Below are positions 1 to 12,906 of a DNA stretch of 64,000 nt, one piece after another. The notes below the pieces were generated by a model. That model was not told the origin of the DNA and did no database searches. It was given only the letters and a program-made list of their open reading frames with translations. The stretch lies in the NCBI GenBank assembly GCA_010356995.1, contig ML996704.1, positions 62,001-126,000 on the forward strand. The letters run 5' to 3'. Positions within the stretch are counted from its first letter, which is position 1, and the number at the start of each line of letters is the position of its first letter. Both the position numbers and the translations under genes were made by a program. The DNA comes from Trichodelitschia bisporula. Its lineage: Eukaryota.

Positions 1-765
1 TCGAGCGCGCGGATGGCGAGGTCTTCTTCTAGCGGTACGCCGTCGCGTTGGTCTGGGAAGGGGTCGGTGGGCGCGGGGATGGCGCGGAAGTAGCTGTGCG
101 ATTTGCCCATTAGGTAGTCGAAGAAGGCGTCGATGTGGAGGGCGCGCATCCAGCGCTGCGGTGGGGGGTTAGTCTGGTTATGGTAAGGGGGGGGGGGGGG
201 GGGGGGGGGGGGTGGGTGGGGGGGGGGGGGGGGGGGGGGGGGGCGGGGTGCATACTTTTAGGCGCACAGAGTACTGCTGCACCTTCTGCGAACTCTGCCC
301 CTTGTCTGCGGACGGGCGCTCCACGCCCAGCGCCAGCGCTAGCTCGGTCCAGGTCTTCACTTCCTTGGCCTCGTGCTTTTGGATCAGGCCGAAGAGTGCG
401 TAGGTGCTGAAGCTCTTGCCGTCGGATTTGGGGGGGGAGCGGAATACTTTGCGCAGCTCGGCTGTATCGACGCTCAGTGGGAAGGAGGGGTTGCAGTAGA
501 GGATGAAGGAGATGTAGGCGGAGTCTAGGGTGTCGTCGCGGACGTCGGGCGGGGGGAGGGCGCGGTCGCGCGGGATGTAGGGCGGTCGGGTCGTGGGGTG
601 GGGGGAGAGGGGGTTGAAGCGCGGGGAGGGGTTGGAGGGGGTTGAGGGGGTGGCCAGGGGGGGGCGGTCGTAGAGGTGTTGTGCGTGCTGATGTTGTTGC
701 GGTTGTTGCTGCTGGTGGTGGTGTTGTTGATGCTGGTGGTGGTGTTGTTGATGCTGCTGCTGCTG

Positions 766-816
<51 letters not shown>

Positions 817-987
817 GATATCCAGATGCGACGGCGCAGGCAGCGTCCGCGTCACCTCCATTGCATGCTCGACCGGCGACACCGTCTGCCTATACGTCGT
901 CGCGAAGGGCGGCGGCGCGGTATGCGCCGTGTTATAGGGTGCGTGCGAGGACATGTGCAGCGGATCGTCGGGGGGATTGAAGTCCAT
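1..987 (-). CDS. ARS-binding protein 2 (Abp2)-family protein, 5' part; gene runs off the window start
   Basis: Motifs AYISFILYCNPSFP, FRSPPKSDGKSFSTY, TWTELALALGVE and QKVQQYSVRLK|RWMRALHIDAFFDYL are joined across a minus-strand intron 255..156 (GTATGC...CTAAC...CAG). The first ATG is at 987, although the frame is open further upstream. N-terminal poly-Q/H tract. Confidence 0.8.
752..811 (-). repeat. (CAG)n microsatellite encoding poly-Gln in the Abp2-like gene
   Basis: Run of ctg triplets on the + strand with a single interruption. Confidence 0.95.
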
Positions 988-1558
988 GGCTAGACGGGCG
1001 GAGACGGTGCGCGCGGTGCCATGGGGGTACGGGGAGGCAGAGGGCGATGTCACGACGCTGATAGTGATTGTCCTGGTTATAGCGACGCTGATGGACGTTC
1101 AGACGGGGTCGTGGGCGTAGAGATGCTGTCAAGCGCTTGTGTGTCCGAAGGGATGTTGTTGATGAGGTGTGAAACGAGATTGGGGATGGGAGACGATGGT
1201 GCCGCGCGAAAGTGTGACTTGCGGAGATGAGCGTGCTGCACCTCTAATTGGCCAGTCCGGGCACGTATTTTTAGACGAGCGTGGCCAATCACGCCCACCC
1301 GCTGTTCCTCTTTCAGCCTGTTCACGCACGGTGATGGCGCGGGTGCTGAATCTGGGGCGGATGGCGGCGACGCGCGCAAGTTGCTGCTCGGGTTTTGCGT
1401 CAAGAGGCGTATGGAGGTGGGCAGTGAGTTTCATCGTAGACGCCGAGCGAGACCCAATCAGCGGTGGCGCGCGCGCATGAATCCAATGAGATCGTGTTGG
1501 CCCCAGGCACGGCCCGGCGGCGAGGCGTGAAGGCATTTGTGCAGTGGTCAGGCAGCAT

Positions 1559-1672
1559 GGCGTCAAGGCAGCAAAATCCAACACGTTCAGGCATCACGGC
1601 GTCAAGGCAGCAAAATCCAACACGTTCAGGCATCACGGCGTCAAGGCAGCAAAATCCAACACGTTCAGGCAT
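1559..1672. repeat. 39-bp tandem repeat x3 in a divergent promoter
   Basis: GGCGTCAAGGCAGCAAAATCCAACACGTTCAGGCATCAC starts at 1559, 1598 and 1637. The third copy lacks the last 3 nt. Confidence 0.97.
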
Positions 1673-1962
1673 TCGCGCGTGTAATCGATAAGCGCCCCCC
1701 CTTCCCTTCCGTCACTCGCCCATGAGCTACCGAGGCAAAACGGCTCGTCTCCTCCGTGACGTCCTCGAACCGAGTTGTCCGACAAAACCGACGTTCCGAA
1801 CGCTGACGAAGGACGAGGCACATCGAGATCTAGTTGCGCGAGCTCGGATTCTCCCTTTCTGCTCTCCATCTCCTCCTGCTCAGGTTTTAAAAGCTCTTTG
1901 TCTTGCCAATACAGCGCATCCGCGATCAGACCATCCACACGATCCCCATCCCCACATCCAAC

Positions 1963-2092
1963 ATGTCCACCACCAACACCCCCCAAGCCACCCAACCCCC
2001 CACGGCGCAGGTGCAGCAGCCGGCAAGCGACAATGTCGCGCACGCCGTCGCCGGTGCCGGCGGTGGTCTCCTCTCCATGGCCCTCACGTACC

Positions 2093-2147
<55 letters not shown>

Positions 2148-3050
2148 ATAGCTACCCCCTCATAACCCTCTCCACGCGCGCGCAAGTCGAATCCAAAAAA
2201 GCCCGCACCAGCACCCTCGACGCCGCGCGCGCCATCATCGCCCGCGAAGGCATCAGCGGTCTCTACGCCGGGCTCGACTCCGCGCTCTTCGGCATCAGCG
2301 TCACCAACTTTGTGTACTACTACTGGTACGAGTGGTCGCGGGGCGCGCTGGAGCGGCGCGCGGCCGTCACGCCGGGACGCGCGAGTCGTAGGCTAACGAC
2401 GTTGGAGAGCATGCTGGCGGGGGCGATTGCGGGGAGCGCGACGGTGTTGATTACGAATCCTATTTGGGTTGTGAATACGCGGATGACGGCGCGGAAAGGG
2501 GAGGAGCTCCCAGGTGGGGCGGGGGAGAAACAGAAGAAGCCGAGTACGGTGGCTACGTTTGCGGGGATTGTGCGGAATGAGGGGTTGAGCCGGTTGTTTG
2601 CTGGGGTGGTGCCGGCGCTGATTTTGGTGATTAACCCGATCTTGCAGTATACGATTTTCGAGCAGTTGAAGAATGCGCTGGAGAAGAGGAGGCGCGTTAC
2701 TCCGGGGGATAGTTTTGTGCTGGGGGCGGTGGGGAAGTTGCTGGCGACGAGTATTACGTATCCGTATATTACGGTTAAGAGTCGGATGCATGTGGCCACC
2801 AAGGAAGGACAGGAGACTATGGGGTCCACGCTGCGGCGCATCCTTCGTGAGGAGGGATGGGGTGGGCTGTACGGCGGTGAGTTTGGCTCTGGGAGTGGTG
2901 AGGGCTGTTGCTGATGATGATGATTCAGGTATTGGGCCTAAGGTCACGCAGAGCGTCATTACGGCGGCGTTTCTGTTTGCGTTCAAGGATGCGCTGTATG
3001 AGTCTAGTGTGCGGCTGCGGCGGACGCTAGCGGCGCGCAAGGCAGTTTAG
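1963..3050 (+). CDS. Peroxisomal solute carrier (PMP47/PMP34-like, mitochondrial carrier family)
   Basis: AHAVAGAGGGLLSMALT|YPLITLSTRAQV, TNPIWVVNTRM and TYPYITVKSRM carrier signatures. Introns 2088-2151 (poly-C) and 2877-2928. Confidence 0.9.
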
Positions 3051-3632
3051 GATGGTGGATGGGGGAGGGGGGGGAAGTAAAATGTGGTTGGTTTCGATAT
3101 CCGGGTGATGGGCCTTTGCATTTGGGTACCTTTTGATAGACGTTTTGCTGGAGCCGGCGCTTTAGCAATGTCGTTGTCGGTTTGTTTTGGGCGATCTTTT
3201 AAGGTTACTACTCCTGCTGATCCGTCGCTTCGTTTTTGATGGACTGTTCCCGGGTTTGAGTTTCCGTGTTGAAGTACATAGGCGCGAGTCTGCAATTCTG
3301 AAGCTCACTTGTCCCAATGCTCGCCTGAATGTCGGACTTCCACAGGAATGGTACAACTTCCAGTTCAGGTCAGAAAAGTGATGTCGAGCGTAGAACGTTC
3401 CCCTCCTAACTGTACCCTTCCCCACATCCCCACATTTCCGCTCATGCCATCTCGTACAGCGTCATCTGGGTCCACATCCAAAGCATCGCTGGATATATAT
3501 ATATAGTCGAAGTTGTAGAATAGCATAGTACCAAAGCAACAAGAACACTTACTACTTCAACCAAAGGCATTGACTAGTTCTACTCTAACCCACCACAACC
3601 CCTCAAGTCGACGGCCAGCCCCGCCACCCACA

Positions 3633-3970
3633 ATGAACTCCATCACCACCAACCCCTCCCAGCAATACAGGAACTCCTTCGTCGCAAGGGAATCGCTCGG
3701 TAACCGCCCTCTTTCCCCTCCTCCCTTCCTACCTTCTAACCTCAAGCAGAGGGCCGCGTCCACGACCCCACTGCCGGAAAGTCCACGAACTCCGGCATCC
3801 CATACTCCAAGATCCACGAGGTCACCTCTGGCAAAGGCGAAGAGCAGCGCATTGCAGAGGATCTAGCGGATCGCGGGGTGGATGATGAAGGTGTCAGAGT
3901 CAGCCATATCGAGGATGTATGCTACGGGCCGATCGTAAGGGGGCCGGTTACGAGGAGCAGTGGGCAGTGA
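3633..3970 (+). CDS. Small hypothetical protein, ~95 aa, one intron
   Basis: TA-repeat/TATA-like tract at ~3493-3504 and ATG in context CACAATG. Intron 3700-3749 (GTAACC...CTAAC...CAG) joins to an open frame GRVHDPTAGKSTNSGIPYSKIHEVTSGKGEEQRIAEDL ending at TGA 3968-3970. Confidence 0.55.
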
Positions 3971-4352
3971 TTGATGTAGCTTGACGCTGAGGTGTGAAGT
4001 TTAGCAAAGAAAGAATCCGATGTCACTAGAAGCATGAACGCCCTGGACATGCGAAGTCGTGCACACTGCCCAACGGCCATGTAAAAATGTGACAGCGCTA
4101 TCTTTTCGAGGTCCCTGCTTCTTACTGAGCACAAACTTTGCCTATAAGCAGCTATAACTTTCCCACATGTCAGCTACGACTTTTCTGGCTGGCCCCTGCC
4201 CAGCCCCACGCACGCCCTCAGCCTTCCACCGCGCGGCAGAACCTTCTCCCGTCCCGCCACGCGCGGCTGTCCTCCACCTCAACACCTCCCCGCGCCTAAA
4301 CAATCCCCCAACACCACCACCTCTCCCACCACTTTCACTCCCACTGGCAGCC

Positions 4353-6893
4353 ATGGCCGACGACAACGAGAACGAAACCGACACCCTCCCCGGCCTCCTC
4401 ACCGCCGCCTCCCTCTCCACCCCCAACCCCCCCCTCGACACAGTCGAAGCAGCGCGCGCGGACCTGCTCGGTGACAAACCCGGTCTCCCCAAAGAGCGCA
4501 TCCCGCTCCCCACCCGCCCCGGCCTAGGCCGCAACGCCTCCGTCCCCACCTCCTCCGTCTCCACCACCCCTCCCCCGCTCCCGCCGGGCACCATCCTCGG
4601 CGAGCCGCGCCTGACATCCCCCGTCAGCCCCAGCAGCCGCATGGCCGGCAGCGCGTCGCCGCTCGACACGACGGGTTTGCGCGGGAACCCGCTGAGGCAG
4701 GACACGCCGATACATGAGGAGCGGCAGGATACGCCGATTATGGGGGCGGGGAGGGGGGATACGCCGATTGTGGGCAGGCTGGATACGCCGATTCTCGAGA
4801 GCGGGGGGTATGGGGGGGGGCAGGAGGGGGATAGTCCGGCGGTTGGGGGGGATGTGCAGGATAGTTTGAGCTTGATGCAGTTGAGGCGGTTGGTGGCGGA
4901 GATGCCGAGAGTGCAGGCAGCGCCGTATGCGTTTGTGTATCGCGATGCGGCGATGTTGGCCGAGGAGGTGGAGGAGTGGTTTGCGTACAGTGTGGAGGAG
5001 AGGGCGCGGATTCTGAAGACGCATTCGAGTTTTACGGTTGAGTGGGGGCAGTACAAGAATCGGGTTTTTGTGAATTATGATGAGGGGACGTATGATTGGG
5101 TTAATGCGGCGCCGGAGCAGAGGGAGGAGTTTATGAGGAGGTTGGTGGGGGGGTTGCGGGAGGTGGATTTGGAAAAGAGGCTGAGGCAGTTGGAGGCGCT
5201 GCTGTATCTGGTCCTGGGGTGCTGGTATGAAGTTGCGGGTGTGCCGAAGCCGGAGAAAGAGGGCGAGGAGGAGGAAGAGGAGGAGGAAGAGGAGGAGGGG
5301 GAGATGTCGCCAGAGGCGGAGCGCGTCAAGGCGGTCAAGGCGGCGTATGCGCTATCCGCGTTGCAGATTGAGTGGATCAAGAGCAACGTCCTGCTGCTGT
5401 TCGAGTGCGGCGGCGTACAGGCCGTCTTCGATACAGCGTGCGCGGCGTGTCTGCGCGAGTGCTCGGTCGATCCGACGCGCTTCGACAACAGCGCCGTGCA
5501 GAAGGAGGCGGAGCAGCGCGAGGCATGGTGTGCGCTCACGGCGTTGTACTTTTGCATTGAGGTTGCGCGCAGTTGGGAGGACGAGGGGAAGCGGCTTGAG
5601 CTGCGGGCGGAGCTTCGTACGTACACTGCTTTCTCCTTCATCAGGCTCACACTAATCATGAACAGTGTCCCTCGAACCAAACCTCCTCATCGCTCTCTCC
5701 GAAATCGTCTCCAAGATCCGCTGGGACGACACGATCCAGCTCCCACTCCTCAAAGTCCTCCTCACGCTCTGGAAATCCATCCTCGTAATCATCGGCGGGC
5801 TGCCCGACGCCGAAGACGCGAAGAAGTCCTTCCTCGACCCGGAAGCTACGTACAAGAAGCCGCCGCGCGGGCCTATGATCACTGCCTCACCGCTCGATTA
5901 CCATACCTTTCGGCAGGAAATCAGCTCCAAGTACCCGGCCTACAATCCCCCGCCGGCGTACTTCCCGCTCGAGCCGGATGAGAAGTCGATCCTGCCACCG
6001 CTGCGTATTTCGACAAAGCCGCCTTCCATGCCTACTGCGCAACCCGCGCACGGTACGTCTATTCTCCACCAGCCGGTGCACATCGCCACGCCGATGCCCT
6101 CCCCCCCCCCCTCCCCGGCCGCAGGCAAAGGCACCAAAAAGCAAAACTACCAAACGAACAACATGTTCCCCTTCCTCTACCCACCCCTCGACGCAAGCAG
6201 CAACCAACTCGGCGGCAAAGGGGCCACAGATCTACAAGACGCGTTGGTCAGCCGCAAATGGGAGGGTCCCGAGATTCCAACGAGCATTTTGGAGGCAGCA
6301 GAGTTGTTTGCGGAGAGGATGCGGGCGACGAGGGGCTTGAAGCAGCTTTGGGAGGAGAGGGATGAGTTTATGAAATTTGAGCGGGGGTGGACGGATTTGG
6401 AGGGGGAGGGGACGGGGGATGGGGAGGGGGAGGAAGGGGAGAGGGGGGATGATGGGAGCTTTGAGAAGGTAGAGAAGAGGGTTGAGAAGTTACCGAAGCA
6501 TACGTATGATGGGAGTGTGAGCGAGAGGCTGCAGAGGGTGGAGGACTTCTACGTATGTTTCCTGCGGTCAAGGAAAGTCTAAGCTAACCCGCACAGCGCG
6601 ACGGCCTCCCCCACCTCCAGTCCATCGTCATGGTCCTGCTCAAAACCATCCTCGCCAACGTAACAGCGCTCATCACGCAAGCAAACGGCCAAAACGGCTC
6701 AGGCGGCTTCCACTTCGAAGGCGCCGCAAAGCCAGAGAACAACGGCGGGTCGGGCGCAAATCTCGACACCGCCCACATCTCAACCGAGGAGCTAGACGGC
6801 ATGCGCAGCCAAGAGATCACAGCAAAAGCAGTCTCGGGCATGCTAATCGTGCTGCTGAAATGGTTCAAAGTCTCGCGTGCGTCCCCTCCACCC

Positions 6894-6935
<42 letters not shown>

Positions 6936-7798
6936 TTCCCTCCTCCAGTAACTCCAGCTAACCCGACCAGACATCCTCAAATTCGAATACCTAACCCAGC
7001 TCCTCGTCGACGCAAACTACATCCCCATGGTGCTCAAACTCCTCCAAACACAGGAAACCGAGAAAATAGTCAATTACCGCTGCGAGCGCGACGCGCTTAA
7101 CTTCTTCCACTACTGTCGCGCGAACTCGCGCGCCGGGCTCGCGGAAGTAACCGGTGGGGGGACGGAACTCGATCTCGATGATGATGACGACGAAGCTGCG
7201 CCGCCGCCCGTGATTAAGCTACGGCGTGACGAGCCGCGCGCGCCGAGTCCCCCGCGCGCACCGCCGGTGGTGCCCGAGGTCGACGAGCTGGGGATGCCGA
7301 CAACGGAACTACCCCTCCAACCCATCACAAGCTTCAGCTGGCGCAACTTCTTCTCCGCCATAAACTTCCTCCGCGTGCTGCAGAAAGTATGCAAGCACAA
7401 AGCGCACCGCAACCTCATGCTCATAACCTACAAATCCGCCACCTACCTCAAAAAAGGGCTCAAAGTCCCCCAACCGGAGCTCCGTCTCTACACGCTCAAG
7501 TTATTCAAGAACCAGGTCCCGTACTGCGGGCGCAAGTGGCGGCAGAATAACATGCGGGTTATTACGGCGGTGTATTTGCATTGTAGGCCCGAGCTGCGGG
7601 ATGATTGGCTGTGTAATGGGGATGTGGATGCGGATGTGGAGCAGAGTGTGCCGCTGGAGCAGAGTTTGCGCGCGCTGACGCATTGGTATAATTTGAGGAG
7701 GTATCCGAGGCAGATGGGGGCGAGGCCCGGGGTACTGGGGGAGGAGGCGGCCTTTTTTGCGAGGGAGGTGGAGAGGTTTGGGTGGGATGATGCTGTTG
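4353..7798 (+). CDS. FAR11: STRIPAK subunit Far11/STRIP (N1221 family; HAM-2/PRO22 type); 3' end falls in or beyond the N gap
   Basis: Motifs EEVEEWFAY, ITASPLDYHTFRQEISSKYPAYNPP, KQNYQTNNMFPFLYPP and TLKLFKNQVPYCGRKWRQNNMRVITAVYLHCRPELRDDWL. Introns 5617-5665, 6553-6596 and 6877-6970. Confidence 0.93.
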
Positions 7799-9069
7799 NN
7801 NNNNNNNNNNNNNNNNNNNNNNNNNNNNNNNNNNNNNNNNNNNNNNNNNNNNNNNNNNNNNNNNNNNNNNNNNNNNNNNNNNNNNNNNNNNNNNNNNNTA
7901 TGGTATCGCTACGGCGGACTGGTGGGTCTGGTGTGTCTGGTGTGTCTGATATGTATCCGCGATATCCATAGATGGTAATACGAAATGGACTGCACTTGCC
8001 GACCTGCGAGGCCGTGGTGTGGACCATAGGCAGCTGATGCCGTTGAACTGCGACATGCAGACGGCCCGGCCCTGGACGGGAGCCTGCTGACCCAGCGGTC
8101 GTGCGTGCCGATATCAGGGTTGGGAGTGCTTGGTGGTGGGTCGGGGCAAGGCGGACCAGACCTGAGGGGTATGCGGTTCATGGCATTCTGCTTACTTGCT
8201 TACCGTACTTACTTTCGGGATAATGCGGAAGTGCTGGTGATGGTGATGCGGGAGTTGGTGGTGGTGAGGTGCGGGCCAATAGGCGCGGCTGTGCGATCGA
8301 TCGCTCTTCTGCGCTGCGCTGCGCTGCATATTGCCGGCGCTCATGCATGCGGTATTGAACCGGGGTGATTCTTCACTGAAATAGCATGCATATGTTTGGA
8401 GACAAGCCGGTTCGTCGACTCGTCGAGGCCATCACTCTGCGCCTCTCGCATTTCACGCTGCCGGCAGCACGAAACGACTATTATACTCAGATGGCGGCCT
8501 CGACTGTCCGTCCATACTCATCCGATTCCCATTCTATCCACGGCCTACGGTGGTCCTCGGATTCCCATCCTATCTGATATTCTTCATTGTGTGGTGCGGG
8601 AGGCTGAGGCTGAAGCGCCCCCTCCCCCTATCCCCCCCAATCCAACCCCACCACCACCCCGCCCCCCTACCCCGCCCCCGGCCCACTCGTCACACGCCCC
8701 GCCCACTCACCTACCCTTTCACAATCCCTCCCGCCCTCCCTCCCGCCGCACTGCAATGCGCGAGGGCGCGTGCCTGCGGTTGGTTCCAGGATAAGGTGGT
8801 TCTCCCGGTGCGGCGGGAGCGTAGGCATATCAAGGCAATGGATTATCAAGGCATAAGGTGGCTTGAGAGGATGGGTTATCAAGGAAGTTGAAGGTGGCTT
8901 GAGAGGACGGGGGCTGAAAGAGATGGGGGGTGGTGAGACGGGGCTAGTTTGACAGCCATGGGCTGAGGGAGGAGTTAGGGGGGTACGATAAGCTTTGGAG
9001 ATATATATCCACCCCACCATCTTCATCTTCAACGCGGTTTGCGCCCTGACATCCGCTCTGTGTGACAAC

Positions 9070-10415
9070 ATGGTCGACATCGCCTCGCCGCCCATTACGG
9101 GCATACAAGCGCCAGACAGCGACGTGACCGTCTGGTTGCTGCGTATCGCTCCACCATCTTCAACCTCACCAATATCCACATCACCGGCGCTCTACCTCAC
9201 CGCTATACCCTACCCGCTGCACGCCCTCCCGCCCTTCACAGTCCTACACCCTACTCCCTCCTCGGCCCTTAAGAAGCGCGTCATAATTAATGACACCCAA
9301 ACACTTACCGACGCCATCACACTCTCCTACCTTCAGCGGCACCGCGATCACGACCACAATGCGTACTTCTTCCATACCAGCCTCAGCATTCCCTCCCTCC
9401 CGCCTGCAGACTCATACCACCTCCTCCCGCGCATCTACGCCTCTGTCCGTCCCCCCTCCTCCTAATTCTAAACCCACAAAGCAAACCTAACTAACCCTGA
9501 ACCTAGGCGGTATCAATCTCCATCCTCCTCCCCCCCTCAACCCGCCTCCCTTCACCCAGCACCCTCACCGCCCAAGCCCTAACTCCTCTCGCCCATCACG
9601 CCCTATGGTCCGACGTCTCCACACTCCTCGCCCTTACCTCCCCCGCACCCAAGTCACTATGCACACCCACCCGCTCACTCCCCTGGACCGCCGTCGAAGA
9701 AGCAGTCGCAAGAATCCGGGCCGTCCTCGCCGGCGACAGAGTGGCGCATAACTTGCCCCTCGCTCGACTAGCGGAGTCTCCGGCAGCAGCGGGAATCGGC
9801 GCTATTGAAGCATGGAGGGCGTCTAAAGGCGGCGTGAGGGACGCGCTGCGGTGCTTTTCGGCGTACCTTAGGACGGGAGAGGAGGTGGGACGCGTGCTCG
9901 GCTTAGCTGGGGCGAGGGGGGAAGGGTACGCGGATGTTCTGGCCGGGGTGGTGCGGAGGGGAGAGGTGGATGGTGTTGAGGGCTTGAGGGCTTTCGCGGT
10001 GGAACTGGAGGGTTGGATGGGTGTGGGTGGGCGGGAGAGGGAAGAGGGGCTGGCAGAGGCGGAGCGCCTGCTTGAGTGGGTAGGCTGGCCGGAGGGTGTG
10101 GCACAAGGCATGGCATGTGGGATGGGACTTAAGGGAATGCTCACCAGTCCAGCCGAGATCGGAGGTTTGGCAGCGTGTGTGCAGGATATGGCAGGGACGA
10201 TGGAGGGGAGGTGGCGAGGCGTTTGTGCTGCGCCGGTTTTGAGGGAGGTTCAGGCGGAGGATGAGGTCGAGGCTGAGGTTGCGCGGCTTAGGGCGCTACT
10301 TCGTGATTTGGACGAGTTAGAGGGGTGGTGTCGCCAGGTGGGCGAGGTGAGGGCTGAGGTTGCGGGGGTTGCGGGGGCGATTCGGACGGATGTTGGATTG
10401 AGCGACGGGGACTGA
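9070..10415 (+). CDS. Hypothetical protein, one intron
   Basis: ATG 9070. An intron at ~9445-9506 (GTCCGT...CTAAC...TAG) joins ORF 8995-9465 to the long frame ending at 10415. No family recognised. Confidence 0.6.
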
Positions 10416-11114
10416 GGGTGTTCGATGTCGGTGACGGGAACCCGCTGAGGGGAGGGTGCTGGTTTGCAGATTTCACATGGGGCTGACTTGTTGATGACTG
10501 AGGGGTATGGAATGGCATAAGAGGCCTCGGTTGTGTCGACAGTGATCCAATGGTGATGCTGTCAAGGCATCAAGTCCGGGGGACGCGAGTCGGGACGTTG
10601 ACATGCCGTGGACAAGGTCCCGGGTCCGAAGCATGTAGGAATTACCAATCCCCGGCCGCTCCCCGGCATCGATGAAGTAGTGGGTCGAGTAATGACGCGA
10701 TCAAGGCCGCAAGTACGGAAACAAGCGACGTTAAACGTTGTAAGGCTGTGGACGAGGTCCCGAGTCCGGCCAGAGGATTCACCAATTATCAGCTGCTCGC
10801 TACGTTCGATGAAGTAATACTGTTTTTCCGAACCAACGTCTACCGTGAGCAGCGAGGGAATACTGACTCGCCAGCCGCCGTGAGCCTGAGGGCATCAAAC
10901 GTAGCCTCGTCGCTGCACGTGAAGGCTAAGGTTAAGCTTTGAGAAGCTTCCGAGGCTTGTGGGTTCGGTGATCGGTGTTGGTATTGCTGATGGCCCATGA
11001 CGACTTTGCGTTTTGCTGCTGAAAGTTAGCAACGGTGTCGTGCTTTCCTGCGAGGCTGGCGTGAGGCTGTCCTGTCCACCATGAGCTAAGCCAAAGTGTA
11101 GCAGGTAAACAACC

Positions 11115-11151
<37 letters not shown>

Positions 11152-11762
11152 CCCACAATCCTCGAACTACAGGCAATCAGCCCCAGAACAAAAATAACGC
11201 GTGTAGAAATCCCATCCACTCACTCATCATCAACATTCCCAACCCCATCTCCAACCCACCAGTCCCGCTTCCTCCCTCACCCACGCCACCCACGAAGCGG
11301 AAGGTGCGCTACTCGGCACCATGTGAAGCTCGCGACCTGCCAGTTACACTTCGATCACCATCAGGTCCCTTCTCACCACGCGGGGAAACAAGGGCTGTGA
11401 CAAGGATCCCCGTGGGAGGGCAATTTCCCTCGCGCGGACCCGCGGGGATGTAATCCAGGTACGCGCGCGGCCTGCGTGAGGCGACATGCCTGTCGTGACT
11501 GTGGAGGAGTCGTGATGCTTGTTGAAGGCTTCAAGCGAGGTCGGTGAGAGGGATGTGTGGGGCTGTTGGGCGGTGGGATTGGTCTGAGGTGCGCCTGCCG
11601 GATTGATGCTGTCAGCCGCGCGGTGACGATTGGAGTTAGGGGTGAGCGAGGAGCATGTGAAGGGGGATATAAAGAGCAGAGGGAGTTCACGATGACTGCC
11701 CACCATCAGCTCAGCGACTCTCACTTGAACACGCAGACGAAGACCATTTTCAACTCGGCAAG

Positions 11763-12359
11763 ATGCACTTTTCTCTTCTCTTCCTCGCCTCTACCGCCCT
11801 CGCCTCCCCCCTTCTCAATGTCCACCTCGAGCGACGCGACCTGGCCACCATCCAGTCAGCCTTCACCGCCGTCGGCAATGCGCTGACGACATTCGACAAC
11901 AGCGTCACTCCCCTCTCGACGTCCGCAGATGTGACCAACAACCTCGACACCCTCGTCTCCCAGGCAGGCAGCATCGTCGACGCGCTCAACTCAGGCACCA
12001 CCTCAGTGAGCGGAACCTCAGCCGTGGGGCTGACAGACGCTCTCTCGCTAGTCAGCGCAGCGAACAACCTCGTCTCCATCACAAACACAACAGTCAACGA
12101 TCTTATCACGAAGCACGACATCATCGACCAGGCTGGAGCCACAGCTACGGTGGAGCAGCAGCTGGCGAACGAGAAGGCGGCGGCACAGAGCTTTATCGCT
12201 GCTGTGGTGGGCAAGGTGCCGAGTGCGGTGCAGAGTATTGCGGCGCAGCAGGCGCAGGCGGTTATTGATGCACTTAATCGTGGCATTACGGCTTTTGGCG
12301 GGAGTGCGAAGCGCGCAGTTGGGTTTGGGGAGGGGATGGGGGAGGGGGTTGGCATTTAG
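11763..12359 (+). CDS. Secreted HsbA / cell-wall mannoprotein-like protein
   Basis: Signal peptide MHFSLLFLASTALA, Kex2-like ERR and an Ala-rich amphipathic helical body (LTDALSLVSA...INDLITKH-like, FIAAVVGKVP). TATA (GATATAAA) at ~11666. Confidence 0.8.
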   Translation: MHFSLLFLASTALASPLLNVHLERRDLATIQSAFTAVGNALTTFDNSVTPLSTSADVTNNLDTLVSQAGSIVDALNSGTTSVSGTSAVGLTDALSLVSAANNLVSITNTTVNDLITKHDIIDQAGATATVEQQLANEKAAAQSFIAAVVGKVPSAVQSIAAQQAQAVIDALNRGITAFGGSAKRAVGFGEGMGEGVGI

Positions 12360-12859
12360 TTCTAGTTCTAGCTCCCGTTTGTGGTAGAGCGATGAAGCGG
12401 ACGATGTAAAGTTTGGATAATGGGTGACTAGCTTCGAGGCAACAATTGACCGAATATGGTCTTGATGTGTATTGATCCTGACTATGACCGTAGTTGAACC
12501 TTGGTTGTGATGGTTAGTGGCATCCGAATGCAAGATGGATATCTGCAGGCGGGAGGGAGCATGCGTACGGGCCGGATGGATGCATGCGACGTCAATGGTC
12601 GAATCTACGAGTTTCTTGCCGCATCCTCGATGTTTCGAAGATCTTTGTACATTCAACGGCATGGAATAGTAAGAACGGGCGTTTGTTGTCTCAGCGACTC
12701 TTGTCTCTTGGGGATATGTGTTTGGGACGATGACGCCGACGATGAGACGTGCGATTGGCTTGGTATGGATCGCTTGGTGTTGAGAGGACGGAAAAGGCCA
12801 AGCCACGGTCCAAGCATACGCAAGCCACTGCCCAGCCAGTGCGCAACGCAACACCAGCG

Positions 12860-12862
<3 letters not shown>

Positions 12863-12903
<41 letters not shown>

Positions 12904-12906
12904 TCG
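12863..12906. repeat. (CT)n microsatellite
   Basis: Nearly pure ct dinucleotide run upstream of the 13.5-kb gene. Confidence 0.95.

Noticed and set aside
11105..11172. Intron-like poly-C segment (GTAAAC...TACAG) suggesting a gene
   Set aside because: No clear branch site and no upstream ATG-initiated open frame joins it to a plausible product.
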